Part shown: positions 24,301-37,884 of the stretch, piece by piece | Position numbering within the stretch: position 1 is the first letter of the stretch | How the letters are laid out: each line of letters starts with the position of its first letter | DNA from: Eremomyces bilateralis CBS 781.70 | Lineage: Eukaryota | Direction: 5' to 3' (one strand) | NCBI GenBank assembly: GCA_010015585.1 | Contig: ML975159.1 | DNA: 64,000 bases | Program-made: the position numbers and the translations under genes | Notes under the pieces: generated by a model | Told to the model about the DNA's origin: nothing | What the model saw: only the letters and a program-made list of their open reading frames with translations | The model's database searches: none

Positions 24301-26467
24301 ACATATGAACTGCCGTTGCTAAAGTTCACGATTCAGCATTCACGAACCATGTCTAGAAATTGGCCGGTCGTTCACGATGATCCGCGCCAGTCCCTGTAGC
24401 TCAGATATTCCGATTGCAACTTGCAAGGGTTGGACAAGACTCAGCCAAGGGCAATATTCCCTGGAGGTTGTTGGATTTATGGCAACGAGGTCCTTGATTG
24501 GTTCCATGGCATCGGCACTCGGCGGTGATTCGACCAGAATTCTTGACTCGATCTGACGGCTGCAACAGATTATAAATCCGGATCAAATATCTCGCTGCAG
24601 TGACGGGGGACGTTGAAGCTGAGTTGAAATCCTTCGAAATCCGAATCGCGTCAGAGTAGGTAAGTACACTAGTTAGTTGAATCTAGATATTGGTAATGCA
24701 CAACGAGGAAATGAGGGAACGGTGTGATATGCAATTCTCAGATTCACAAACAATACGATCTTACGGATATGAATAATGATCCAAACGTATTTAGTTACCA
24801 CTTATAAGTAGGGACAAGCAAAGATGACCATGGTGTTTCTTGGTAGATATTATTTTCCCGATAGTCAGAACTCCTCCATGTCTGCAGCATCCGGGTGCGA
24901 GCACCAGCACACCAGCCAACAGATCATCAAGCGAAATGCCCAGGCCATCATGCTTCGTCAGTGTCGGAAGTATCCGCTCTGCAGCTCTGCGCCATTCCGA
25001 GGTATGCCGGATTTTCAATAATTTCATGCCCAAACGAAAAACTAGCCTAGAGTCGAAACATCGGCGCCCACTGAAGGGCAGACACGCCCGGGCAGCTCAG
25101 CCTCAGGTCATGGCTGGTGAGATGGCATCCCTGCTATTCAATCAGATGGATTGAAACGGCGCCAGGAAATCCTCCAAGCCAATTACACGTCGTTCATCCA
25201 AAAGTCCAACATCTTCTTTCCACCATGAACTCCTTCGACTCTCGCTTGCCACTGTCTTTTCCTATATTTCTGTTTAGTACCTGCATTGACTAGATAGGTG
25301 CATTAGGTAGTGCCTGGTGCATGCCCACCGACCAGATGATCTTCCACGCATATCAGCCGCAACTCTAGCACGAACTCCGAGATATTCGTCACCTTCCTCC
25401 ATACCCCCCCCTAGGTTGTACATTGTACTACGCATTACGCAATCCTCTGCAGTCTCCCATATTCCCCTCCCAAGTCCCAACTAACGAGACTCATCCTGCA
25501 TGCTTAACTTTAAGCACCGCGCCGTTCTTCCTCCGCCCGCTTGGCGAACATCCAGCTGATGTGACCCGCGCGTATCCCCCGTCGCCGACGGACCCCCTGG
25601 TGCTTCTTGTGACAGTGCGTGATTGAATTCGCCACTCACCGTCGACGAGCGTGGGGTTCGAGGACCGAGTTCGTGTTGGGTGTTCAGCTTTAGTTCAGGT
25701 CGGTCGAAAATGGTTTCGGGACGGGTGGTAGTGATGTATCATGTAGTGGTGAGGGGATTTGATGAAATGTGCCGTGTCAAGGCATCGTAATTCACCCCTC
25801 CGACGAGGGGGTGCGTGGGATATTTGGAGGGCGGAAAGGTGGCGGTAGCTGGTGCCTGCTGTCTGAGACTGGAGGTGACCGTTTCTCGGATCAGACCGGA
25901 GCATGGGGACGATGTGAAGTCCACGGGTTGGATTCAGTTCCGCGGGTGGCAATTAGAAATCGACCGGTGCCCAGCTCGCTTGGCTGGGGAGGAATCCTTA
26001 GGAGCATCACAAGATCAGCTCATGAAAGGCATGAGGCGGATTCTGTCGTTCGGAGACCTGGAGCCAGCCATATCGAGCGAGGAGGCTGGGAAGATAGATT
26101 GTTGATATCTGCCTGCGATCAATCTTCTAGCTCTTGAAGTAGGGGAACTGCGGTAGAGCTTGCACGTTAGCTAGATGGTGCCGTTATGGTCACCTGGTTC
26201 CGTGAGGAAGAGCATCCATTTTGCTGTCTAGCTGTAAAACTCCCGCTTGGTCACCGGCGCCAACAGTACTCCCCGAAACATCGTCTATAGACGTGGGCGT
26301 CGTCCTCCTTGAGCAACCTCAGTTGCTGTCCGCCGAGCGAGTGAGGCGCTCGATATCTCCTTCGCCAAATCCTCACCGAATAGCCACACGGCTTCGGTGA
26401 CCCATGACAGCCGCCGAACATTCAAAACCCAGAAAGGCGTGATATACGCAAGAAGCCGACGTCGACC

Positions 26468-27294
26468 TCACATCACAACGCACTTCCCACCACCGGTCGG
26501 CTCGCTCGGATTCTGCGACTTCTCGATCTCCGCGATCACCATCTCGAAGGCCCGGGAGACGTTTTCGTCGAACCGCGCACTCGCTTCCGTCCACGCGCAC
26601 TTGAACTCCTCGCCCAGCTTCCGGCCGGCTTCCTTGTCGACCTGGCGCTGCTCGGGCCGGAGATCGCATTTATTGCCGATGATCACCATGGGGACCCATT
26701 CTGCGCCCTGGGACATCAGTTAGCCTTGCATGCGGTTCCGAGAGGGCGGGGCGTCTGAGACATACCAGATGGTTCAGAATCTTCTCTCGAACGATGCGCA
26801 CCATCTCGAAGGACTGCTTGGAGCCGACGGAGTAGACGACCACGTAGCCATGAATGCCGATGAAGTGCTTCGAGTTTAGAATGGAGTATTCGTCCTGTCA
26901 GATGAGCGATGTCAGCCGACGGGATCACAACATGCTTTCCCACTCCCGTCCGCAGTGTCTTGTGCGCCAAGGCGTTGCCGCGAAATGAAGTCGTGTCTCA
27001 CAACGTACCTGACCAGCAGTGTCGACGATCTCGGTCTCATAATCCTGGCTCTTCACTCGGATGACTTTGCTGAACGTATTCTCGATGGTCGGATAATATG
27101 ACTCGACGAAGTGCCCATCGACAAACTGCACCGTCAAGCTCGACTTGCCTAGATTACGACGTGTCAGTTACCGTCGCCGACAAGAACACCAACAACAACC
27201 CGCCAACCTCTCAACTTCTAAAATGTAGACAAAACTCACCGACCGAGCGACTGCCGACGATGGCGATCTTCCTGGACTTTGGTGGCCCCGGCAT
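26468..27294 (-). CDS. rhb1: Rheb small GTPase (TORC1 activator)
   Basis: MPGPPKSRKIAIVGSRSVGK, FVESYYPTIENTF, DTAGQDEYSIL, GNKCDL and CaaX CVVM. Four GT-AG introns. Confidence 0.95.
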
Positions 27295-28182
27295 ATTGGC
27301 GGACCAAGCGTAGGGCAGATCGCGAAGTTCGCTCAAGTTGCGGGGGAAGAACAGACGAGATCGAACCTCCTGTGATGGGGGGTTAGGTCCGGCGTGGGGC
27401 CGTCAAAGGTTGTACCGGTGACACCAAGGGACGTGTGGCACCAAGGTCAGGAGAGGTAGGTACCGGTATGGTGAATGGTATGGGATGGGTATACTATGGT
27501 ACAACGGGGGAGATGAGATGGGAGACGTGACGTGACGTACAGATGGAAAGTGGATGCAGCGTGAGGCGCTGAACCGGCGGGGCAGCAGGGGTTTCCGTTG
27601 GGCTTTCCGGGTTCTTTGTTTGGACTGTATGGGTGGCTGGCCCATGTCGAGTTGCACGTGCAGCGAATAAACCATCGCGAAAGAGGACGGTTATTGCCTT
27701 ATCGCCTTCCAGCCTTATCGCCCTAGGGGGCTAATCTGAGTCGCCGATTTTGGGGAGAAGAGAAATGCTCGGTATAACGAAGCAAACGAGAAACATAAGG
27801 AAACATGAAAGGATTGGAATAAGATTGATAATGGTTGTGCTGGAAAATTGAGAAAAGAAACGATTGCAAAGAATTGATTGCAGTAGAGGTGGAACTGGAG
27901 CACTTGGGAAGGGGGTATTTCACTTTCAGTTGCGAACGCTGTTGTGATTTCAGATCTGGGTGGAAGATTCAAGACACCCGATTCTCTTACACACTTCTTG
28001 CTAGTAGGAACACAGGGTACCTTCCAGGTGTTCTGTATTAGATTATCTAGATGGAATGTCTAGGGGAGCCAGTCTCCAACCAAAGCGTTTCAGGGGTATG
28101 ATAATTCCAGTGTCTTCAGTGCTCTTCATCTGCGTAGTCCAACATTCGAATCCCATCCAACACCTCTCTTCATCACACATTA

Positions 28183-30129
28183 TCATGCGATATAAACTGG
28201 TAAATTCGACTCCCAATACCTCGGAGGCACCGCCACCACCCGATCATCAAAGTTATGGATTGCATGCCAAAACACCCCCTTAAACATCATCGCCACCCAA
28301 AACATCTCCACCTTCTCCTTTTCCACGCCACCCCCACACATTTGCACCACCGCAGGCAGACACTGCGTGAAATATACGGCCGTGGCCTTTCGCCGCACAG
28401 GGCGCCGATCATCGCGATCCACCGCCGCCTCCAGCGACTCGTCGCGCACCACCTTAGCGAAATGCTCCTGGCAGTCGGTCATCACGGCGTGTAAGTGTGC
28501 GGCGAGCACGCTGCGGCAGAGATGGCGGGTGCGGATACAGTAGGTCGCCATGTCGTACCAGGCGGCGTGGATCTTGTTTAGGAGGTCGAGCATCGCGTCG
28601 TCGCTGTAGCGGTCCATGACGAAGGCGGGACGGCCGCGGAGGGGTCCCCAGCGAGGGTGGGCGAGGATAGCGCTGCAGTGGAGGAGGATGGCGGAGTAGA
28701 AGGGCTCAGGGGATTCGCGGGTGGAGTTGAGGTGGAGGAGTTGGTTGGTGAAAGCCCGGAGGGCACCGCGGATGCCGGGTTGGGAAAAGTCGAGCTGATC
28801 GCTGGGTTTGACGAGGTACGTGATGCAGGTGTTGTTTGGTCGCAGCACTGGACAGTTGATGGCGATGAAGTCGAGCATTGCTTGACGTAAGTCAGACTTG
28901 TGGAAACGTGGTCATAGGAATCCAGAATGCTTACCTCGATTGATGCAACTGTCTGGATAACTTCGGATGATGTCCGACTTAGACTTGGTCAGTCTTGAAA
29001 GCGCCTGATACCACTGCTCAGTACTAAAGACGCGAACGTTCTCCGCGATGCCAAAGTCGGCCGGGATGATACCAAACCCCAAAAGCGTAGCCCCTTCGAC
29101 CGGCGAAAACACGATGCCATGAAGCTTCCGTTCATCCTCAGCTCGCCGGTCCATTTTCGCGAACGTCAACATCGTCCCGAGAGGTTTGACGAGAGAGCTG
29201 GTCACCATGCTGCCATCCGACTCCGCCAGCAGGGTCCCCTCCTCCGGCTTGAAGGTCTTCCAACACATGCCAAGTAGCTGAACCATGATAGCGACATCCA
29301 TGATCGTGGATACGGCATATGGCTTCAGCACGTCGGGCGGCACGAAATCCCAGCTCTTCTTGGTCATCCGCACTGCCGGAACGATTACTCGGCCTTGACG
29401 TAGACCGCCGGACGACGTGTCTTGAAACACCCGCAGGCCCGCATTACGCAATTCCGAACTGTACGATTGCAAGCACTGCATGAGCGGAATCCAGCTCACC
29501 GGCTCGTTCTCCATCACGTTCCCCACCGGATCGCCTCGCATCTGAAGAAATGCCTCGCTCCTCGGATTCCTTGTTCTCGACTCACTCGCCGCCGAAAACC
29601 CCGAAAGAATCCTCGAACTCCACGCCCGCCTTGCCAACGACGGCCGCATCTGCTCCTCAAAGTTCATAAAAAACTCACTCGTCGTACTTTTCCCTTGCGT
29701 CTCCTTGGCGAAGGTCATCGCATTCGCCGCCGTCTTCCGCGTCTGCAGCCCCTCCCACCGGTCCATTTCCGGCGTGCCATCTAACAAAAGCAACGGGCCC
29801 GCGGTCGGCGACGTCTGGATCCGCTGCAGGTCGTACGCGGCGTCCAGGAAGATGTGCGGCGTCGCGAAGATGGTCTCGAAGCGGAACTCGCGCCATTTGA
29901 AGCGGCGCGTCGTGAAGCGCGCCCAGCTGCCGATGACCGCCGAACTGGATGGTGGGTCTCAGACTCGAGGGACGTAAGAACTGGGTCGGATGGGCTGGGG
30001 GAGAACGTACCTGCACCGTCGATACCCGTCCGCGCTCGCGTAGTATTGGTGGAGAACTTGGCCTATGGTATTCACCAAGGCTATGACGGCGATCAAAAGC
30101 GCGGCGAGAGCAAGGGGGGCTTCATCCAT
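28183..30129 (-). CDS. Modin-like (Podospora Mod-A-related) protein with N-terminal membrane anchor
   Basis: Spliced N-terminus MDEAPLALAALLIAVIALVNTIGQVLHQYYASADGYRRCSSAVIGSWARFTTRRFKWREFRFETIFATPHIF. Also SWDFVPPDVLKPYAVST and C-terminal MFKGVFWHAIHNFDDRVV..PVYIA. These match the pattern I recall for fungal proteins annotated 'modin'. Confidence 0.7.
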
Positions 30130-30774
30130 TGGGAATTGACTGGAGGTATTCGAGGGACATCGCTTTACCAAATACGAGACATGCGCGATCTACGAACTGG
30201 GGACATGGATGGAAGACGACTGGAGACAGTGTGGCATATAATTCTAGCGATACAAGGTAAAACAATTAAAATAACAGCAGACGAGGACGCAATGAACTTG
30301 AATGTTGAACACGGCACCAATAGTGCGATCACATTGACTTTATGCACCTCTGGTTGACTTCAATTGATGCGCGGCGAGATTCAAGGAGGTCCTGCTGCGC
30401 CTCACCCCCCACGGTACCCTGTTCGTGCATACGAATGGGCTTCGAAGTTCGAAAACCACGCAGATAGAAATGTGTTGCCCAAGTAGCTGTCCGTAAATGG
30501 GGTGGTAAAGACAATCTACGCTATTAAAAATCAACATGCGAGGCATGTGGTGGTCCTGATGGAATATTGAGAGAAGGATGAGCTGCGAAGGGAGACGTCT
30601 GGTCGTCTCGCCCCACCATTGATCACATTCGATACTTTAAGCACCTCCTCTACAGTTAAGTCCCAGACAGCTCCTCATTCAATATTCGACGCTATCGATA
30701 ACGCAGAACAATCTCATCGTCTAATAGCGGCTCGGGCAACGAATGCAACGACATCCATCCTGCAATCTTCAACC

Positions 30775-32578
30775 CTAATCCTCCGCCAACTGCTGACCTT
30801 CTCTCAACCCTTCGACCTTCAATTCCGTTCCCTCCGCCCTCATATATATGTTCTTGATATCATCTAATATAATCAGTACCGAATTCGTTGACGGCCAGTT
30901 GTGTTGGGGACTTACCGGTGGTGGTCTCAAAGTGGCTGGTGGCATCGTAGCTCTTGGAGATGAAGATGTTGTCGTTGATGCCGCTCTCCAACGGCTCGTA
31001 CAGCGCGATCGGTGGGCCCATGAACTTCTCCTCGATCTTGCCGAGGCGTTGGAAGCCGGGCTCGAGCTCCAGGTGGTGGTTGGCGTTGCTTTCGGCGATG
31101 GTGGAGAGGATCGCGACGTAGTATCCGGCGGGGCAGATGTTATGGTGGCTGGAAACGAGGGTGATGTAGATATCTGGGATGTTTCGTTACCATCATGATT
31201 CGAGTAGAGGAAGATGCGGGGTGACACGGGGAAGGGAAAGGTAGGGGATGCTGAAACTCACCATGCTTCCGGCCAATCTGAGACTGCGGAATGATCAACT
31301 GCACGGAATCGGAATTATCGGTGCTGGCCAACGGATGGGTGAGGATGCAAATGGCCTTGACGAGGTATCCCGTGACCTGCACCTTATTCTGGAAGTACGA
31401 CGGATCCGCGATGATCTTCTTGCACTTGGTCTCGAACTTCATCCCGTCGCCCTCTTCCCCTCGCTCCTTCATCGTCGCCTTGATCCCGATCGCCTTGGAC
31501 CCGTCGTAGAGGACCTCGTCCACATCGGTGTTGAGCATGTAAGTGCCGCCGTAGATGGCGGACAGCCGGGCGAAGCCTTGCGGCAGCTCGCCGAGTCCGT
31601 AGAGGGGGTAGATGTAGGGGGATTTGCCGTAGCGCGCCATCGAATTGACGTACAGTCGGATGCGGCCGACGGCATCCTGGGCCGTCCCCTTCTCGTTGAT
31701 GTAGCTGTCGGTTTGGTAGAGCGCCATCGAATGGCCAATGAAGTCACGGGTGGTCGCTTCGAGCCCGAATTTATCGTATACGTCTTTCATCGTCACCTGG
31801 TTCATGTCCAAGCCTACACCCGGTTAGCAACGATTCTCTCCTGGTGTCCCGGGCCATAGTTACCGGCATGTGTCGCGGGGTCATCGTCCTTGAACGCCCC
31901 CACCCACTCCAAGAACTTCTTCGCCCGTCGCTTCTCGAACAGTCCCATCAACGGCGACCGGAGCGCCTCGCCCGCGTCCGACGGCACTTTGGCGACCGTC
32001 GCGCTCGACTGCTTGCCCTGTTGCACGTAGCTCCCGGCGATCTGCTTGAACTCCAGGTACCGCGTGACGTCGGTCGAGACCAGGATGTTTGTGAGTTCGC
32101 CGTTCGACATCAGCAGCTTCGGGACGAGGTCGATGTTCCAGTCATTCGCCCGGCCATACTTCTTCCATGGCTCCTCGCCCTTGGCGACGTTCCCGTACTT
32201 CTTGAACAGCTTCAATAAAGTCAGTGAAGGGTCTATCTGCGGAGACGAAGGGATCGTACGTATTCGAGGTTGACGGAGGCTGCCTCTCTGCACCCAGTTA
32301 GCAAAGTGGGATGGGCGCTCCCAGACATGCAGTACGTACCCGCCATAGTGGTCGTTGCGGTCAATATGAAGGACCTTCTGCCCCTTGACACTCAACACAC
32401 TGCACAACCGGTCAGTAGCACACAGAGGACGGACACCCGGGGCGAATTACCCAGAAAGGACACATTCCGTCAGACCTGCAACTCGTCATGAGCCTCAAAC
32501 CGAACCATGCAAAGGGGCGGGGTACTGCATACCAGTGCCAAGGACCACGACATCGTATTCTGGGGCAATTTCATCCAT
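30775..32578 (-). CDS. gdi1: Rab GDP-dissociation inhibitor
   Basis: MDEIAPEYDVVVLGTGLTECVLSG, HIDRNDHYGG, DWNIDLVPKLLM and GKSPYIYPLYGLGELPQGFARLSAIYGGTYML. Multi-exon with short 5' exons. Confidence 0.97.
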
Positions 32579-33074
32579 GATGATGGGATTCTTGGAGGTT
32601 CAAATGGGCGTATGGGGGATTGGGTGCTGTCCGTTAAAGAATTTGGAAGCTGATGGAGGTATAAAGTGTACATGTATCGGTGAGGAGCTGAGGAGCTCGA
32701 GCTTGTGGAGTTGCGGGAGAGTGGGATGGAGTCGAGGAGGTTCGGATTCCATTGGTTGGCAGTCCCATCACATCGCTTTCGGCAGAGGTGGCCCTCATCG
32801 CCACTGAAACTACTCGCTTTGTTTTAAATGTGTGGGAAGGCCTGATGATCATGGGTTAATTAGCTATGATGGAGAGTTATCCTATGTTCAAACTTAGGCA
32901 ATCGTGCATCTACAGGGTAAGATATTCCGAGTATGTGCACGGCTTAACCCTTCCTTCACCGTTCTGTTAACCTCCCGACAGCTTCGATTTGTACAATGTC
33001 AACCCATGCCTGGGGGATATAGAACATCTCATACATATATCGTACAGTTTCTCAGCAATTCATCCCCGAACAGC

Positions 33075-34002
33075 CTATAGCAAATTCCGAGGCCTGGACT
33101 TCCCAGCTGTTGAATCCTCCTGCGCTTGGTTAGGAGCCAACTTATCCGTTTCTCCTTCCAGATCCCCGGAGCTGGATGCATCCTTGCTTGCTTCTGATTC
33201 AACATCCTCATAGCCAAATGCCGCAGGAGATTTCAAAGATGGACTCCAATTTCCATCATCATCCTCTTTCCACTGGATCTCGGGATCCTTTTGGGCCAAA
33301 TGATATGCATCGGTCCAGACATTGTGTCGCTCTGTCAAGGTCTTCTTGATCATCTTCATCGTCCTCCGAACCTGGATGGGTGCTGATTAGAAGTCCATCT
33401 GTAAATAAGAATCATGAAGACATACATCAGCATCTCTCCACGCAGCTTCAACTTCGCCAAAACCCGGCTCCAGCCTTTCTCTGGTGTGCCGTTCTGTGAA
33501 TATCCGATTCCGCTCCTTCATACATATCCACCACAATGCATGCAAGTCTTCAAAGGACTTCTTCCTCAGTTCCCATGGCTTCCATGCCCGGCCTGGTCGC
33601 AGTATTAGCATCGCTCTTCCTTGAGGGTGGAATTGGAACCATACCATGCATGTTATCTTGCTCCGGTGTGGATAACGCTGTCCTCTCCACATTGAAGAAC
33701 CCCCACAATCCGTGTTTTTCATTGAGCTCCGTCTCCGACTGGTCTTTGTAAACGGGCCGCTGTACATCCTTCAACGTCACAGAGCCTCTTGGGATGTTTC
33801 GAGCTCCTGAAGACCGGATGGCCGATATACCCCGGTTCTTATTACCATCCCTTCGTGCTTGCAGTGGGACGGCTGTGGAAAATGGACGCTGGGAGGGATT
33901 TCGAAGGCACTCGGTCGTAGACTGCGGAATGCGGGAACGCGTGCAATTGAGAGTAGATGGGAACCACCTGGTCGCCCGAAGCGCGCATGAATGGAGCTCC
34001 AT
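33075..34002 (-). CDS. mrpl4: Mitochondrial 54S ribosomal protein L4 (uL29m / MRP-L47 family)
   Basis: Arg/Ser-rich presequence, then HGLWGFF and [49 protein letters not shown]. Two introns. Confidence 0.9.
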
Positions 34003-34674
34003 CTGGAGGAGGTCTCTCGGGAGACACAAGGTCACAGTACCGGGTGGGAAAGTATGCGCGACGGTATTTAGAGGTGGTTGTAGATGCAGCAGTTGCCAAC
34101 TCTTAAGAAAATCGAAGATGATCCTGGGGTCCTGGAAGGAGCAAAGGGCGCTAGTCCTAAAACTGTTAGCGTAACCGTCCGGTACGTACCTTCCCTCCAA
34201 CATCCATCGTAGATTCAATCGTCCTCCTCTATGTTCATCTACACACAAGACTTCATCCAGTACTCATATTCTTCGATCCCAACCCGTCTCTCATCCCTTC
34301 CACCTGGAACTTCGGGGGATATCTTAGGGTCTGTGGAATTAGAAGCGTCCGCAGCTTAACAATTTCCTTGGTGAGTAATTTATTCCAATATTCAGGCATG
34401 GTTGGTCGCGAACCGTGTCGCGCACGCGAAGAGATGTGGACTATCGTGAGAAATCCTGAGCGGCGTCACCATGTCAAGCGGATCTCAGCGCATCGGCCGG
34501 TGGTGATGTCCCACGATAATTCCCACATGTCCAGCAGCACTCACAAGGGACTTCGTTTGGATTCCCTTGTGATATCCAAACACCTTCACTTTCTGTTCGC
34601 CGTTTTCTGTTTTCTGAAATCGCTTGCGCTCAATTCCCCCACCTGCGGCCTCGCCTCTCACTCAAGTATCTAAC

Positions 34675-37556
34675 ATGGAGGACTATACAGGTCATAAACC
34701 GGGCTCGCAGAGCTTCTCTAGAGGATCCCGCGCCCAGTCGAACTTGAAGGGAGGCGCTCAACGAGGTATGACCCCATCTTCCGCTCTCCGCTCACGAAAT
34801 CCCCTCAGTATTCCATATAGCTTCACCAGTGTGGTGGCAGGATAGTCAAGGTCAGTCGACTAATATCTCTGTAGCGAATCAGCAATATCATCCCCCTCCA
34901 AACGCGTTCGGTCTACCGCACCATCCCACTCAAACCCCTCCGAGCAATCAGCGGCCCCCGGCTGCGAGAGGAAATAGAGATACCTTCCAATCGAATCCTG
35001 ACTCACGCCTACCGTACGACCTCGGCGCACTCCCAGGGGACCTAGCACTGCCGACTCTCCTACCACTCCAACGTGCAGTAGCAAAGAAATTCGGACAGAA
35101 ACCTCACTATTACACACCCTCTGGAACGATCCCCTGGAACACATATGGCCACGTAGAGAGCAAGAACGTTCCAAGTTCCTTCGACAACTCCCAGCCGCCC
35201 CCTCTACCTGGATTCCTTCCGCGTGGACTTCCCCCTCCACCTGGACTTCCCCCTCCATCTGGACTGTACCCCCCGTATAGCGCCCAGCCTGTACATTTTG
35301 GACCACACACTCCATTCAATCTGGTTCACGGAACCCCAACAGCACCACCGTTCGTCAAGAATCACCTATTTCCAGCAGTTGGTTTCAATAAATACTACAT
35401 ACCTTTTCAAGCGACCGGTCAGTGTCAGGAGTTCAGCTGGGAAACTGGTTCAAACATCCGCACTCCATCCTCGCATACACAAGGTTCTGCGAGCAACGTT
35501 TCAGTTCCTGCCGGATCACCTGCGACCGTTCGTGGACCAAGCACGCCAAGCGGTCCGAGTACAGATTCCCATATCAGAACCCCGTGTTCTGTGAAACCGC
35601 CCTCCGCACCCAGCGCCAAAGCCTTTGAGACCAATCCCGCTTCTTTCGCTAGAGTGGCAGCCAGAACCCCCGGGCCAAACGGTAAAGTCTTAGAGGCAAA
35701 CCACAATACTGCACGCAGGCTCGCGAAGACAGTGGAGGAGATTGAGACGAAGCGGCGTGTAAGCTCGGGTCAGAAACAGGAAGCCATGTTTCCTTCTCAG
35801 CAAAACGCGCCAAACCGTGGCGCGGCTCCGATGGGATCCGGCCGTGTCAACGGAAAGATTCCCGTGGGTAGTTCGGGTTGGCCATTCGGTGGTCAAGCTG
35901 GAATGCCGAATCTTCAACAGGGACGTGGTGCTGGTCTTGGTAGCTTCGCTGGAGCTCTGAACAATCAATCCAACCAAGCCTCGCTTGACCTGTCGTAAGC
36001 AACCTGAATTGATGGCCTATTTATTCCCTTGCTAACGTTGAGCTTGCAGTGAATTTCCTAGCTTGTCTGGTAACCCCCAATCTCATCACCAATCATCCGC
36101 CCAGGCGATCTGGTCGAACCCTAGCCTCCGCACCCCACAACATGCGCCCGGCCAACGTCCTCAAGGACAGAATCCCGCTTTGGCACCCGGTCAAGCGCAA
36201 ACCCACCAAGGCCCGGGGCGCGCCCCAGAGGACAGTCGCAGTTCGAATGTATCTCCATTCAATGCGACCCCGGACGAGTTCCGATTCGGCGGCCAACGAG
36301 GTGCTGGACCGTTGTCGGGCCTTGGTGGTCAGCCTCAGCCCGGTAGCATTGAAGAATTTCCTCCGCTTGGTGGACTGGGTAGCAACGACCTTCCTGGCGA
36401 TCGACGGGGAAGCAGCATATTGCAAGATGCGTTTTTGAATGGCGGGATGTAAGTGATGTACGACGCTTCACATGATAGCAAACCACTGACTGGATTTCAG
36501 GCAGCGTTTGGCGATTGGGGATGCCAGAGTCGGAGCAGCCATTGGCGGTAAGCCGAATTCAGATTCTGATCATCTCGTCTTGCTCACTTTCCCCTAGGTT
36601 CCCGAGCTGGAACTGAGGGAGTCCGGAATGGACAGGGCGCTTCTGAATCCAGGGTAAGTGAGCCAGAACTGATATATCGCCCATGGATCCTAATGAACCT
36701 AGCCCACTTCCCGTCCCGCACGCACTCTCACCAACCCATCATTCTCGAACATCCCCGCCGGCCAGCTCGGATTCGCTCATCAAAGTCCCCTCGGACCGTT
36801 GGGTTCGGAACCTCGAGCTGAAGACGCTGCCGAAACCACCGATGCTGTTCCATCTGCCCCGGCTCCGCAGCAGAAGCCCCTCCCCACGCTGACGAACAAG
36901 GAGGCCGCTGGGATGAAAGGACTCCTTGCCATCCTCGACAAAGACCTTCCCACCAACAAGTGGCTTGCTTTCGGTCAAGATCTGACTCAGCTTGGCCTCG
37001 ACCTCAACCGACCCGACAATTCCCCCTTGTGGCCTACTTTCCACAATCCCTTCGAGCCGAACGCCCCCGATGCACGACCGCCGATTCCCAAGTTCACCAT
37101 CCCGCAGCACTACCTTGTGAACAATGTCCCTCCTCTTCATACGCGATTCGGAAGCTTCACTGATGAAACGCTCTTCTATATCTTTTACACGCGTTGCGAC
37201 GAGATTTGGCAGGAGCTGGCGGCAATGGAACTGTAAGTCCTTTTCTCCCCGTAGCTCCCGAGTGGATCTAATACCATGATCAGATACAAGCGTGATTGGC
37301 GCTGGCACACCTCCCTCCGCCAGTGGATGATGAAGGACGTCAGCTTCGGCGCCCCGATCCAGCTGGGCAAGGACTGCGAGAGGGGCTACTACGTCTTCTT
37401 CGACATGAAGACCTGGTCACGTGAGCGGGTGAGTTCCCTCTTCGATGACCGTGATATTGACCGCTTACAGAACCCAAGCGCGAATTCGTCCTCTACTACG
37501 AAGACCTCGAGCAACGCCACGCGGACACCGTCCGTCAGCCCCCCGCGACGATGTAG
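34675..37556 (+). CDS. not2: CCR4-NOT complex subunit NOT2 (NOT2/3/5 box) with a long Pro-rich N-terminal extension
   Basis: LDLSEFPSLSG and EEFPPLG motifs. C-terminal box GQDLTQLGLDLN..FTDETLFYIFY..WQELAAMEL..YKRDWRWH..ERGYYVFFD..W. Multiple introns. Alternative start at 35786. Confidence 0.88.
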
Positions 37557-37884
37557 ACCGGCGCCGGGATTTAGGGGAACTTTGCCACGCTTTGCAGCAT
37601 TTGCATGACCGTCACGCTTTTCGGAACGGATCACACGACTATGGAGCGACATGAGGGACCGCATGGGTCTCATATGGGAACTGTATAATTACATATGAAA
37701 GGACGGACACACCAGAACATGGTCTGCGATGAGCTGTATGTAGGAAGCCCTTCTGGGTCCATCTTCACGCGGCCAAAAGGTTGCAGATCAATAAAAATCC
37801 ATCAATGCATTTGACGTTTCGCACCATGACATATGCCATTGTCAATATCGTACAGCTTTTCACGCCTTGCTAATCGCATTCTTT

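Noticed and set aside
27524..27538. (GACGT)3 CRE-like motif upstream of rheb
   Set aside because: Could be an ATF/CREB site, but it cannot be told apart from a micro-repeat without conservation data.
34003..34248. Upstream extension of the MRPL4 ORF
   Set aside because: The ATG at 34002 already gives a plausible presequence. The upstream part looks like 5' UTR or promoter.
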